From: a virus
Lineage: Duplodnaviria > Heunggongvirae > Uroviricota > Caudoviricetes
Virus record (IMG/VR): IMGVR_UViG_3300045988_024106
Length of the DNA stretch: 44,656 nt
Direction: 5' to 3' (one strand)
Shown piece by piece: positions 33,578-42,869 of the stretch (position 1 is its first letter; each line of letters starts with the position of its first letter). The notes under the pieces were generated by a model. It saw only the letters and a program-made list of their open reading frames with translations. It did not search any database and had not been told where the DNA came from. A program made the position numbers and the translations under genes.

Positions 33578-33711
33578 ACATCACAGCCCCGATTCCGGCA
33601 TTGCAAAAACGTATCAAGGAACTTGAAGAAGAGGTTCTACGACTACGTCAGCAGAGAGATGCCTCTAATGCACAACTGGCGTTTGTACTGGAGAAATTAG
33701 CAGAAGAGTAG
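33574..33711 (+). CDS. Small coiled-coil protein (45 aa)
   Basis: MNITAPIPALQKRIKELEEEVLRLRQQRDASNAQLAFVLEKLAEE; ATGA overlap with the upstream stop; followed by a terminator. Confidence 0.35.
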   Translation: MNITAPIPALQKRIKELEEEVLRLRQQRDASNAQLAFVLEKLAEE

Positions 33712-33716
33712 AGAAA

Positions 33717-33742
33717 AGGCCCCAAACGGGGCCTTAGTTTTA
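33717..33742. terminator. Bidirectional rho-independent terminator between replication and tail-fibre genes
   Basis: aggcccc-aaa-cggggcct hairpin followed by TTAGTTTTA; convergent genes on both sides. Confidence 0.7.
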
Positions 33743-35731
33743 CAGGGCCGCCATAATAAAACAAAGAAGTTCCTCATAGCGCACGCCGAAGTTTTCACCT
33801 GCCTCTAAGGTGCATCTCTTTTCCCCGGTGTCGTACTCTTCCTCGACTTCAATCGTCTTAGTGGTAGTAATAGTTTTGCCGGTTAGGTCGTCTATTTCCG
33901 TTACTTCTTGGTCCTTAAGTACGGTACGCTTAGCCATGATTGGCTCATACTTAGCGTCCCAGGTATCGTGGCAGTAGAAAGCGTACATTTCAGGGTCCAG
34001 TCCATGCTTACGCAAAATTTTACCTATAGATTGCGCACCTACGCCAAAATGGTATCTGGCACCGTTGCCTTTCTCGGAGATAGCATCTTTGAATCTAAAT
34101 TTCCATATGTCATTCTTTATTTCCAGGGCCGCGGCACGTTCGGCTTCAAGTATCTTATCCCGTACTTTGAGGTCTTCATTTGATGTGTTTATCGCCCCGG
34201 TTCCCGCGTATACCACAGACCACCGACGAGACGCGGTGCCATTCGATATGGTATTGTCCGTAGAGGGCCTTATGTTGGCGGCGGCTATGACTTCAGTAGA
34301 AGCCTTAAGCTGAATAACACCCGCGTTAACCCCATAAGTGCCTTGCCCGGAAGACGACGCCCCGCCACTAACCACAACCCTTGCGTCATAATCGTTAGGG
34401 TTTCCGCTTGAGTGAAAGTCTATGTATGTCGTACCTAGGGCTGTGGTGCTTCCCAGTTCAATAGCAGACCCAGAAGCGCTCATGATTAATTTATCGTTCT
34501 GTAAATTAACGTCTCCGGATGTTAAAATAGTAGTTGAGCACTTTGGTATCTCGAACCCAGATGTGATCGACGTCACATCGGTAAACGCTACAAGTATTTT
34601 GCTGTCCGATGCTAACGCGTGCCCCCCATTCATGTTCCCTATACGAAAGGCGTTTCTCCATCGGACCGTAGCTGTCGAAAGATTCGACAAGGCAACCCCA
34701 ACGTCTACGGCGCTTCCTTGTACGTCCCCACCACCAATGACCTGAATCCCTGACCTATACCATACAGACGACCCTTCGGAGGCTACTGTGTTAAACTCAC
34801 ATGCGGTCACGTTATATACACCAACGGCGGACGGGCTCAAACTACCGTACATATGCCCGCCAAAGTACCCACCTTTGAATGTGCTCGGGGACGCTGATAC
34901 TGCCCCTCCGTCGCCATTTTGCGACACTGCCAACCCAACCACACCCACATAGTTACGGTCCGGGTTGTCGGCACTGGTAGGTGATTTATGGGTAGATACA
35001 AATTCTGCCGCGTGCCTGCCACCTTTGGCTGCGGTGCCGCCGAAAACATGGTTTACCTGTAGCCCGTCAACTTTTGTCCCGGCCGTTAAATCGTCAACAG
35101 CATTAACCTGGTCGTCTATGATAGCAAGGTAGTTAAATTTTGCAGTGCTGGCGTTGGGTATAGTGCCAGTGATAGGGTCCGTAAGGATAACTCCTATCCC
35201 ATATGTCATACCATCGTTTTGATACTCCCCGGTTCTCCCTTGCATGATAGAAAACTTATCGTTTCCGCGGGACATTACACCTGGACCAATCAATGATGCT
35301 CCACCAAAAGCAGCCAGGTCCTGTCGTAAAATAACACCTCCAACCGACAACCATGCGCCGCCGCCTACACCGCCTGAGGTTGACGGTGTTGACGCCGCGG
35401 GGATAGTCTTCGGTAAACTACCAGCCCAATAGTACCAATCCCCATCCCCCCCATCAGTCGAAGGCCACAGCACCGCCTTGTTTCTATCGTCCGTAGTTAA
35501 TGTTCCACCAGTTGTGAAATCAAAAGATGCTGGGGCTAGGCCCAAGCTACGCAACACAGCGGGTAGCGTCTTCTGATTCTGCCCTGTAACCTGGTTTGTC
35601 GCGTAATCAATATCTGCACCCCCGGCTACTCCGCCAGATTTACCGGTAATTACCTCTGCTTCGAAAATCTGGTGTTTCTTGGCGGTTTGTAAATCCGCCA
35701 GGCTTAAAACATCACCGCATCCGCTTGACAT
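33740..35731 (-). CDS. Tail fibre/tailspike with C-terminal intramolecular chaperone (peptidase S74-like) domain
   Basis: 663 aa; Gly/Ser/Thr-rich beta-structure; C-terminal ...SNEDLKVRDKILEAERAAALEIKNDIWKFRF...YHFGVGAQSIGKIL... resembles self-cleaving chaperone domains of endosialidase/T5 fibres; last gene of the tail operon. Confidence 0.6.
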   Translation of the reverse strand: MSSGCGDVLSLADLQTAKKHQIFEAEVITGKSGGVAGGADIDYATNQVTGQNQKTLPAVLRSLGLAPASFDFTTGGTLTTDDRNKAVLWPSTDGGDGDWYYWAGSLPKTIPAASTPSTSGGVGGGAWLSVGGVILRQDLAAFGGASLIGPGVMSRGNDKFSIMQGRTGEYQNDGMTYGIGVILTDPITGTIPNASTAKFNYLAIIDDQVNAVDDLTAGTKVDGLQVNHVFGGTAAKGGRHAAEFVSTHKSPTSADNPDRNYVGVVGLAVSQNGDGGAVSASPSTFKGGYFGGHMYGSLSPSAVGVYNVTACEFNTVASEGSSVWYRSGIQVIGGGDVQGSAVDVGVALSNLSTATVRWRNAFRIGNMNGGHALASDSKILVAFTDVTSITSGFEIPKCSTTILTSGDVNLQNDKLIMSASGSAIELGSTTALGTTYIDFHSSGNPNDYDARVVVSGGASSSGQGTYGVNAGVIQLKASTEVIAAANIRPSTDNTISNGTASRRWSVVYAGTGAINTSNEDLKVRDKILEAERAAALEIKNDIWKFRFKDAISEKGNGARYHFGVGAQSIGKILRKHGLDPEMYAFYCHDTWDAKYEPIMAKRTVLKDQEVTEIDDLTGKTITTTKTIEVEEEYDTGEKRCTLEAGENFGVRYEELLCFIMAAL

Positions 35732-35743
35732 ATAGAGTCCTCT

Positions 35744-38290
35744 TTAATTAAAACCATTGCTGAATCCGTCGGAGAAACCGCGGCCTAAAGGTGCGACGCC
35801 GTCGTATTTATAGAATCCGTCGTCATAGTTGTAGCCAGTAATCTTGACCGTGCGGTCATCGCCCGGGTCTATTGAAGAAACAACTATCTTCTGAGCATTA
35901 TGCCTTGCTTCGTTGCCGAATGAAAACTCAGTTTTTAGCGCGCTATTCCCCGTGTAGATTGCCTCCTCCGGCGCGGAGAGCATAACCACTTCGCGGTCAT
36001 GACTTCCTTTGATAACGGAGATACTCTGTACGGAGCCGTCGCGCTTCTTAAGAATGATGGAGTGGTCGTCTCCGGGGGTAAACGTAACAGGCTGGGACAA
36101 TGTCAGTGTAAGCCCATTAACGGCAACAACATAACCATCTTGCGGCGCAATGCGAGAGCCTTTAACAACGCTGATTACCCCGCCGGGGGTGGCGAGCGCA
36201 CCTTCTTCCGTAGCTTCAAACTCTACGACAACTTTACTTAACGTGTTGCGCTGGTAGCGGCGCCACGCCAGCCAGTACGCCTGCTGGTAGTTGCGCACCC
36301 CCTTCGATTCGTACTCCTCGGTGTTTGCGCCGAGTTCTTCCGGGATATAAATCGTTTCCTGTACGTTAGTATCAGGGTCAATGTACGAGAACGACAGGCT
36401 ATCGTAGGTTGTCGAATCGTTGAACGTGCGGGTCCATTTCTCTGTACCAGTTGTCTTACTGCGGTGGGTGAATACCATTTCAGGCCCCGCGACAGGACGG
36501 TCGAATCGCAGCATAATATCCGCGCCTTTACGGTACGCAGTACAGAACACGGCTTCCGCTATGGTCTGAACGATGTCCTGCATCGTGGTGTCGTAGTCGT
36601 CGAACGTGTAGCAGAACTGCCCCGCTAATTCACTTCCGAAATAGGACTCGATTTCTTCCTGCACGGATAGTAACTTATCCATGTTTGCCGTTGTCAGTTC
36701 CAGATTACCCACCGCCGGGTCGCGCGCCAGCCTGATTAGCGACTGCACGGCCTGAGTGTTTGGTGTCATTACCGTATCGAATACCCCATTGCCTAAGTAT
36801 TTGTGGCACATCTCGGTCGCGATCATGCGCAGTTCAGGGTTATTGATACTGGCAGCGCGCGGCGTCTGTTTACGGGCACAATGTACGGTAGTTCGGTTGC
36901 CGTAGTGTGGGGTTGTGTCCAGTGACTGCCCGTACAGGTTGATGAAGGTTATCTCGTCACTTACCGTCCCGTCGTAGTCCTTGTCGAAATTCGTTACGCG
37001 GCGCATGCGGGCACGGAAACGAGACGCTGTCGGCAATTGGCCATAGATAGACGTACCGACGTAATCCGTATTGTTGCCTGTAATTGTAGCCTGTACCGTG
37101 TAAATATCGCCCAACGGGTTACGCTGAGAGTCAATCATCTGATACTGGAGTTCTACGGTTACGCTGGTACGGTTATAGCCGCCGTCGTATTTGTAGAGGC
37201 CGTTCTGCCCGGCAACGTTAGCAAGTACCCGGTCAACTTCTCCGCGTACCATGTAATACCAGTCCGTAAGAGATACGTCATATGTGTTGCTCGGGCCGAT
37301 AAACGTATCTGAACGCTCTGTTAGCGTGTACGTCTGTCCGCTGGTCAACGCGGCCCAGTTAGACGCACCGTTTACGGCTAATCTTACTTCGAAGTCGTCA
37401 ACGTATAAAACCTCAAACGAGCCGTTCAGGTTAGTGACATCAGCAACGTCAAAGTTGCTCAGCACCGCCACATCACCGACGCTAAGAAACTCAGAAAAAG
37501 CAGAGTCTCCTGACGGGTCATAGATGTAGCCGGTGTTTGAAATACGTTTAGCGGTGCCGTCGGCGCTTGGGTTGGCCCCGATGTCGTTCGGCGCTTTCAG
37601 TACAATACCGTCAACGTCGTCGTTGGAGTACGTCACATAGAGTTTCTGGTCAATGATGTCGCCGATTTGTAGTTGCGGGGTAGTTGTATTGTTTGGTGAT
37701 GTATAGGGGGTGTACACGGCAACAGAAGAACCTGTGATGTCGCTTATCAGGGTGTCGCCTTCCGTGACGCCATCAGCCTCAATATGCAGATGCCCGCGAC
37801 CAGCGTCATAGTACGAATACTCCAGCAAAGCACCAGTGGAGTTGAACGCCTTGTACGTCTGCATAAGGTCGTTAGGGATTGTCTGCACAGTCCCGCATAT
37901 GTCATAAGAGCGCTCGTAAGGACGCGGCTTGTTGGAGCGGTCTGTTAGGCTGTTATTAGCGGATTTTGCTTGGTTATTTGTCGCTGTTACCGCCAGACTC
38001 GGTTTCTTAGTTAGTAAAACCGTAGCCGCAACGACGACCAAAGCAACAAGCGCACCTACTACAAGCGCACCTCCACCAGCTCCTTCTACTATGTGATACA
38101 CCGCGTCTTCGTCTTTAAGCGCGTCGAAGTCGTCAGTGATATCGGTGTCGTCACCAATCTCACCGAGATATACGCGCACAGGAACGCCGTCAGGGATATG
38201 GTTAACAACAAACTCCATTGGCATCCCGACGTGTTTTGTACGGTCGAAAACACCGTTAGCATTTCGCGTGTAGTGCAGGATTATCGCCAA
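35744..38290 (-). CDS. Tail tip / host-specificity protein (lambda gpI-like N-terminus fused to gpJ-like body)
   Basis: 848 aa downstream of the K-like gene; N-terminal ~100 aa with a hydrophobic segment (GGGALVVGALVALVVVAATVLL); position equivalent to lambda I-J. Confidence 0.55.
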   Translation of the reverse strand: MAIILHYTRNANGVFDRTKHVGMPMEFVVNHIPDGVPVRVYLGEIGDDTDITDDFDALKDEDAVYHIVEGAGGGALVVGALVALVVVAATVLLTKKPSLAVTATNNQAKSANNSLTDRSNKPRPYERSYDICGTVQTIPNDLMQTYKAFNSTGALLEYSYYDAGRGHLHIEADGVTEGDTLISDITGSSVAVYTPYTSPNNTTTPQLQIGDIIDQKLYVTYSNDDVDGIVLKAPNDIGANPSADGTAKRISNTGYIYDPSGDSAFSEFLSVGDVAVLSNFDVADVTNLNGSFEVLYVDDFEVRLAVNGASNWAALTSGQTYTLTERSDTFIGPSNTYDVSLTDWYYMVRGEVDRVLANVAGQNGLYKYDGGYNRTSVTVELQYQMIDSQRNPLGDIYTVQATITGNNTDYVGTSIYGQLPTASRFRARMRRVTNFDKDYDGTVSDEITFINLYGQSLDTTPHYGNRTTVHCARKQTPRAASINNPELRMIATEMCHKYLGNGVFDTVMTPNTQAVQSLIRLARDPAVGNLELTTANMDKLLSVQEEIESYFGSELAGQFCYTFDDYDTTMQDIVQTIAEAVFCTAYRKGADIMLRFDRPVAGPEMVFTHRSKTTGTEKWTRTFNDSTTYDSLSFSYIDPDTNVQETIYIPEELGANTEEYESKGVRNYQQAYWLAWRRYQRNTLSKVVVEFEATEEGALATPGGVISVVKGSRIAPQDGYVVAVNGLTLTLSQPVTFTPGDDHSIILKKRDGSVQSISVIKGSHDREVVMLSAPEEAIYTGNSALKTEFSFGNEARHNAQKIVVSSIDPGDDRTVKITGYNYDDGFYKYDGVAPLGRGFSDGFSNGFN

Positions 38291-38646
38291 AATTCAATCT
38301 CCGTGTACAAGTCTCTCAGGTCAACAAGCCTGTCAAGCCGTACCTGACGGGAGGCCATTTCGCAATGACTCACCATTCCGTCAAAGTAGACCCCGGCGTG
38401 CCACACGATTCTGCCGCCGCGGCGCCTACCCATAAGAACCGCGCACAAGTTTTCAGGCTTATCAATTTTCGTAAGCCCCTTCGTGTCACGATGACCTTCA
38501 TCAAACGCTTCGTTAATTGCCGTTGGGCTTGTAGCGTCGAACGCCGGGGTTGCTAACCCGGCATCCGCACGGACAATACGCACATGATGCCAGCAATTGC
38601 GTTTGCGAAAGTCGTAAGGTATTCCCGTGTAGTCGTTAATGTTCAT
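38281..38646 (-). CDS. Tail-associated NlpC/P60-family peptidase (lambda gpK-like)
   Basis: 121 aa; Cys/His arrangement (NCWHHV...H.GVYFDGMVSHCE) typical of NlpC/P60 papain-like hydrolases; position between L-like and tip genes. Confidence 0.55.
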   Translation of the reverse strand: MNINDYTGIPYDFRKRNCWHHVRIVRADAGLATPAFDATSPTAINEAFDEGHRDTKGLTKIDKPENLCAVLMGRRRGGRIVWHAGVYFDGMVSHCEMASRQVRLDRLVDLRDLYTEIEFWR

Positions 38647-39173
38647 GTGATTAACAGACCGCGTAATAACGGTATCTCTTTAGGTGTCATAAGTATACCA
38701 GTGCTTCGTTGGTTCAGCATAGGCGTCCCTAAATTAGCAGAGAACCGCCCCTTGTCCTGAGCTATGGTCTGCGCCTCATATACCACGGGGCCATCTGCCG
38801 GGTATGACAGGTCGGTGCTGACATAACGGCGAAATATGAACTTCGGCAACTCAGTGCTATCCATCGGAATATTATCCAGCTCATCGTCCAGTAAATTTCC
38901 GACGTCAGGAAGGGTAAACGTCGTCGTCTGGTCCATGTCGTTATTGTTAGCAGCCCCCGACGCCTCCATCGGGGTTGGTTCGAACGTGATTGTTTCGCCT
39001 GTCTCCAGCGTTGCCGTAAGTTCCTGCAGTCCGCGTACAAGATAGTACGTCTTTGACAGCAACGGGTGGCTGACTTGCAACGTGATGTAGTCCATCTCGC
39101 CGTCGGGATTTGAGGCCAGCTTACGGCGATAGGCGGCTTCTACTGATTCCTGGCTCATTGCATCGGGTCCCAA
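38643..39173 (-). CDS. Minor tail protein (gpL-like), putative
   Basis: 176-aa ORF; assigned by position. Confidence 0.45.
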   Translation of the reverse strand: MGPDAMSQESVEAAYRRKLASNPDGEMDYITLQVSHPLLSKTYYLVRGLQELTATLETGETITFEPTPMEASGAANNNDMDQTTTFTLPDVGNLLDDELDNIPMDSTELPKFIFRRYVSTDLSYPADGPVVYEAQTIAQDKGRFSANLGTPMLNQRSTGILMTPKEIPLLRGLLIT

Positions 39174-39655
39174 ATTCGTGGAAACGTTGATTGCGCGGTT
39201 CCGTAGGCTTTAAGGAAACATCCCAGCCCATCACCATAGCAACCATACAAGTCCGGCAGATTGTTAACAAGGCACTGGTTCTCAAGGTTCTGGAACGGCG
39301 ATTTCTCTGCGGTTGCCGTGAAAGTAATAGTCCAGTTGACCCCGTCTTCGGTGGACTCGGCGATGGTTGACGTGATTGTTACCTGATAATCCTCAATACC
39401 CATTCCGAAGTCATGCGCCATCCAGAAACTTGACGCACCGCCGTCTACTTTTTCGAGGAACGACAGAAACGCCTGCCGCCCCAGCGCCGATGTAATCAGG
39501 GTTACGCTTATTGGGAACACGTCGTAATACGTGTCGCGACCCTGACGCACCCCGCCACCGGCTAAATCAACGCTCCAGACGTTGTTACGTCTGGTCATTG
39601 AGTAGCCTTTTGACACCACCGGCTTAAGGCTACGTGGAAAAAATAAGTCAGTCAT
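39155..39655 (-). CDS. Minor/distal tail protein (gpM-like), putative
   Basis: 166-aa ORF immediately downstream of the tape measure gene; assigned by position. Confidence 0.45.
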   Translation of the reverse strand: MTDLFFPRSLKPVVSKGYSMTRRNNVWSVDLAGGGVRQGRDTYYDVFPISVTLITSALGRQAFLSFLEKVDGGASSFWMAHDFGMGIEDYQVTITSTIAESTEDGVNWTITFTATAEKSPFQNLENQCLVNNLPDLYGCYGDGLGCFLKAYGTAQSTFPRIWDPMQ

Positions 39656-41943
39656 TATTTGAACCCCGGCGCATTTCTTGTGGCCTTTCGGGCCTTGCTA
39701 ATCTTACTGTTGCTGTTCTGCAAAGAGGCAGCCACTTGCTCTTCGATGATGATACGCAAACGGCCTTCATCATCTTGTTCAGTGGATACGTTGCCAATCT
39801 GACTCGATGTGTTATTTACGATGGTAACATTAGATGGGCCAGAAGAAGACCCGTTTTGCCCCATAATTTCTTTCATCTGCTGCGCGGTGCGCACACGCGA
39901 TGCGCCAGCGGGCATGATAACTTCGGGTTTACCACGTTCAGCGATAGTAGAAGCCTGCCCCGCGGATAACTGACCGCCCTGTTCACGCGCGGACCTGATA
40001 GCGGAAATCTGCGCCATACCCGCCCCAACGGCTGCGGCAGCGGCTACAGGGGCAAGGAACGGACCAACAATAGGGATAGCCGCCGTAGACTTGTACGCCT
40101 CAATAGCTGCGGTGTACGTGGCTATAGTGGCCTGTACGATAGCGAATGCTTTATACGCACCAGAAGCCTCGCCCAACGCAGACCCGATGTTTGAAGCCAT
40201 GTTACCAAAGGCGGTTGCTGTTGCGTCGGCACGTTTCGTGGCGTACTGCTCGTTGATGGCGTTAAGCGCGGCCTGATACTGCGTCTCACTAATCAGACCC
40301 TGCTCACGGTACTTATCCGCCACCGCCAGTTTCTGCTGTTCCTGGATGTCGAGAAGCTCAAGCTCAGTAGCGTTCTGGCCCATAATCTGAGCCATGAAGT
40401 CGTCACCTTTCTGCTGCTTTTCCTGGGCTTCTTTCTGGCGTTTATCCAGTTCATCTTGGCGTTTTTGCCCTGCTTCAAGGACGATAGCTGTTTTAGCTTG
40501 TTCGTATTCTTTCAGAGACAACGCGCCCTGTCTGTAGAACTCTTTTGCCTTAGCCAGTTTCTGCTGTTCCTGAGCGTCAATAGCCTTTAACTCGTCGTTG
40601 TTCTGACGGGCTAAAGTGTCGAGGTAATCCTGCGCCTGTTTACGCAGTTGCTCCGCTTTCTTAGCGGCGGCTTTCGCGTCTTTGTCGTCGGCGTTTCCGG
40701 TGCCGCCAGTTCCGCCCTTTTTATTAACAAGGCTGGCTAAGTCAATTTCTTGCTTCTTGCGCTCGTCATACTGCTTGCGCTGTTCCTCAATTTCTTTCTT
40801 ACGCTGCTTAGACCTGTTGGTGATGGCCTGTGATTCGGCCTCTGCGCGTTTTATGCTGGCGGCGTATGCGGCGTCAGCCTCTGCGGTCAGGTTTTTAAAT
40901 GTGAGTGCTGCCGTTTTGCTCGGGTCAAACACGTCAGCGAGGGTCTGTCCTAACGCTACGGCATAATCGTCAATGCGCTGGAACCACGCAATAACCTCAT
41001 GGAATGTCTGCTGGATGTCAGGCAACCACTCACGGATAGCGTCCGGTATAGTACCCAGCGAGTCGGACATGTCCGCGGATTTGTTCTCGGTGTCATATGC
41101 CAGGTCGTTCAAAGCGTCAGAAATAAACTTGAACGACTCATTGAACAGTGTCACCCAATCCTGGAGTGTGGCGGCTATCTCATTAGACGCGATGGCATCA
41201 GTAAGCGCCGTGATAGCATCTTCCGCCCTCGCAGCTTGCTCACCTACTGCGTCGCCGAAACCTGATTGCGCCACCGCAAGTACAAGGCCGTCAAAGGAGT
41301 CCGCCAGGCTCGACAACTGACCATCTAATGTCTTAGAGCGCGTCTCCATTGCCCCGGCGAAATCCGTGTTGCCGATGTTCAGAAGGTATTTCTGAATCTC
41401 TTCGGAGTTCTTTTTAACAGTAGTCGTTACGCCGCGGAACGTGAACGAAACCGTATCCGCCTGTTGCGACGACTTGATACCAAACTCTTTCAGTCGCTCA
41501 AACTCAAAGGTACTGGCGTCCGCCACGGCCTCAATCATCTGATTAAGGTCTTTACCCATCGCAGCGGCGGTGTTGCCGTAGGAGATTAACGCCTCTTTGC
41601 TGGGATTCAGGCCGAGAGCTACAAGTTTAGTGAAGCCCTCAACAGCCTGGTTAAGGCCGTATGGGGTCTCTTTTGCGAACTGTTGCAGGACGCTGAAAGC
41701 CTTAGCGGCATTCTCGGCACTCCCGGTCATCGTGATGAGGCCGGAGTTCAGCTTGTCGAAGTTTCGCTGGGAGTCCACCAGCGCACTGAACACCTGTTTG
41801 GCGGTTTCCAGACTGACGACGGCGGCTGCGGCAGCCCCCGCCGCCTTAGTGAGCCCGTTCAGTTGTGATGTGGTTTTATCGACGCCGGTCGATGATACTC
41901 GTACTATCAAGCTAGCGGTATCAGCCATGATTTCTACCTTCAA
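39655..41943 (-). CDS. Tail tape measure protein
   Basis: 762 aa; long Ala/Gln/Glu/Lys-rich predicted helical protein; downstream of the G/T chaperone pair. Confidence 0.8.
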   Translation of the reverse strand: MKVEIMADTASLIVRVSSTGVDKTTSQLNGLTKAAGAAAAAVVSLETAKQVFSALVDSQRNFDKLNSGLITMTGSAENAAKAFSVLQQFAKETPYGLNQAVEGFTKLVALGLNPSKEALISYGNTAAAMGKDLNQMIEAVADASTFEFERLKEFGIKSSQQADTVSFTFRGVTTTVKKNSEEIQKYLLNIGNTDFAGAMETRSKTLDGQLSSLADSFDGLVLAVAQSGFGDAVGEQAARAEDAITALTDAIASNEIAATLQDWVTLFNESFKFISDALNDLAYDTENKSADMSDSLGTIPDAIREWLPDIQQTFHEVIAWFQRIDDYAVALGQTLADVFDPSKTAALTFKNLTAEADAAYAASIKRAEAESQAITNRSKQRKKEIEEQRKQYDERKKQEIDLASLVNKKGGTGGTGNADDKDAKAAAKKAEQLRKQAQDYLDTLARQNNDELKAIDAQEQQKLAKAKEFYRQGALSLKEYEQAKTAIVLEAGQKRQDELDKRQKEAQEKQQKGDDFMAQIMGQNATELELLDIQEQQKLAVADKYREQGLISETQYQAALNAINEQYATKRADATATAFGNMASNIGSALGEASGAYKAFAIVQATIATYTAAIEAYKSTAAIPIVGPFLAPVAAAAAVGAGMAQISAIRSAREQGGQLSAGQASTIAERGKPEVIMPAGASRVRTAQQMKEIMGQNGSSSGPSNVTIVNNTSSQIGNVSTEQDDEGRLRIIIEEQVAASLQNSNSKISKARKATRNAPGFK

Positions 41944-42187
41944 AGATTGCTTCTAAGCCCATGATAATGTCTATCTCGAACAGACTAAGCTGCTTTTGCG
42001 TAACATCGAGATAGGCTTTCAGGTCTTGCCACGTAACGGATTCTCTTGCAAACAATACTACAGCGTCCTCGCGCACGTGTCGCGTAAACTTAATGTCGCA
42101 ATACGTCTCAAAGGTGGATATAAAAAGGGGTGGACATTCTGGCCCACCCCGTCGCGCTGCACGTTTTTTCTTATCGATTACACCCAT
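41921..42187 (-). CDS. Tail assembly chaperone T-extension (likely made as a G-T fusion by -1 frameshift)
   Basis: ORF in the -1 frame relative to G; manual translation shows this frame open from before the G stop (42286-42288) through to 41921. Confidence 0.5.
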   Translation of the reverse strand: MGVIDKKKRAARRGGPECPPLFISTFETYCDIKFTRHVREDAVVLFARESVTWQDLKAYLDVTQKQLSLFEIDIIMGLEAIFEGRNHG

Positions 42188-42285
42188 CGCGATAAGCGCC
42201 TGTTCGTGTCCGTCAGCTATAGAATCAAACTCTCTGATTTTATGTTTATCAACGAACTCGTAGGTGGCGAACCTGTACAGCGCGT

Positions 42286-42702
42286 CTACTTTTCCTGTAA
42301 TGCTTTACGCTCAGCGTTATGGAACGCGGCCACCTGTGTGCCTAATGCCTTGAACTGGTCGAGCAATTTGTTAAACGCTTCCTTAGAGAAAGGCTCATCA
42401 AAGCTCCAGCCGTTTACGACTTCCGCCGCGAGTTGTCGGTTGAGGTCTTCCGCCAGTTCGTTAACCGCCAGGTTATATTCAGTGTAGTCACCAGATTCTT
42501 TGGCGGCTTTTTCCAGTTCTTCAAAACGCGCCAAGCCGCGGCGATACGCGATAATGAAAGCACGCCCCGCTTTAACGGCGGCATCCGCATCCGGATTTAC
42601 AACGTTAAGCCACTCACCGGAGTCTTCGCCATTCGGCAGCAGAATCGGCATCTTCTTGCCTACCAGTGCTTTCTCTTCGAAATAGAAATCAGAAAGTTTC
42701 AT
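42286..42702 (-). CDS. Tail assembly chaperone (gpG-like)
   Basis: 138-aa acidic protein directly upstream of T and the tape measure; RBS AAGGA; G-T architecture. Confidence 0.6.
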   Translation of the reverse strand: MKLSDFYFEEKALVGKKMPILLPNGEDSGEWLNVVNPDADAAVKAGRAFIIAYRRGLARFEELEKAAKESGDYTEYNLAVNELAEDLNRQLAAEVVNGWSFDEPFSKEAFNKLLDQFKALGTQVAAFHNAERKALQEK

Positions 42703-42809
42703 TCTTTAATCCTTTGGTTAAGAGGTTACGGGTTAATGGTAAATGCGCCAGACGGGAACCACCCGCTTTTCGTGTGCGACACTAGGCGCAAAATTATTCT
42801 ATCACATTA

Positions 42810-42843
42810 CTTGCAGACCCCAATATAATAGGGTACTATTCAC
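42810..42843 (+). promoter_or_regulatory. Promoter/operator box (P-box) for the moron island
   Basis: cttgcagaccccaatataatagggtactattcac; TATAAT plus palindrome AATAG-ggta-CTATT; upstream of the Imm-like gene. Confidence 0.6.
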
Positions 42844-42869
42844 TTACACCATCAATGAAGGGGTTTAAA

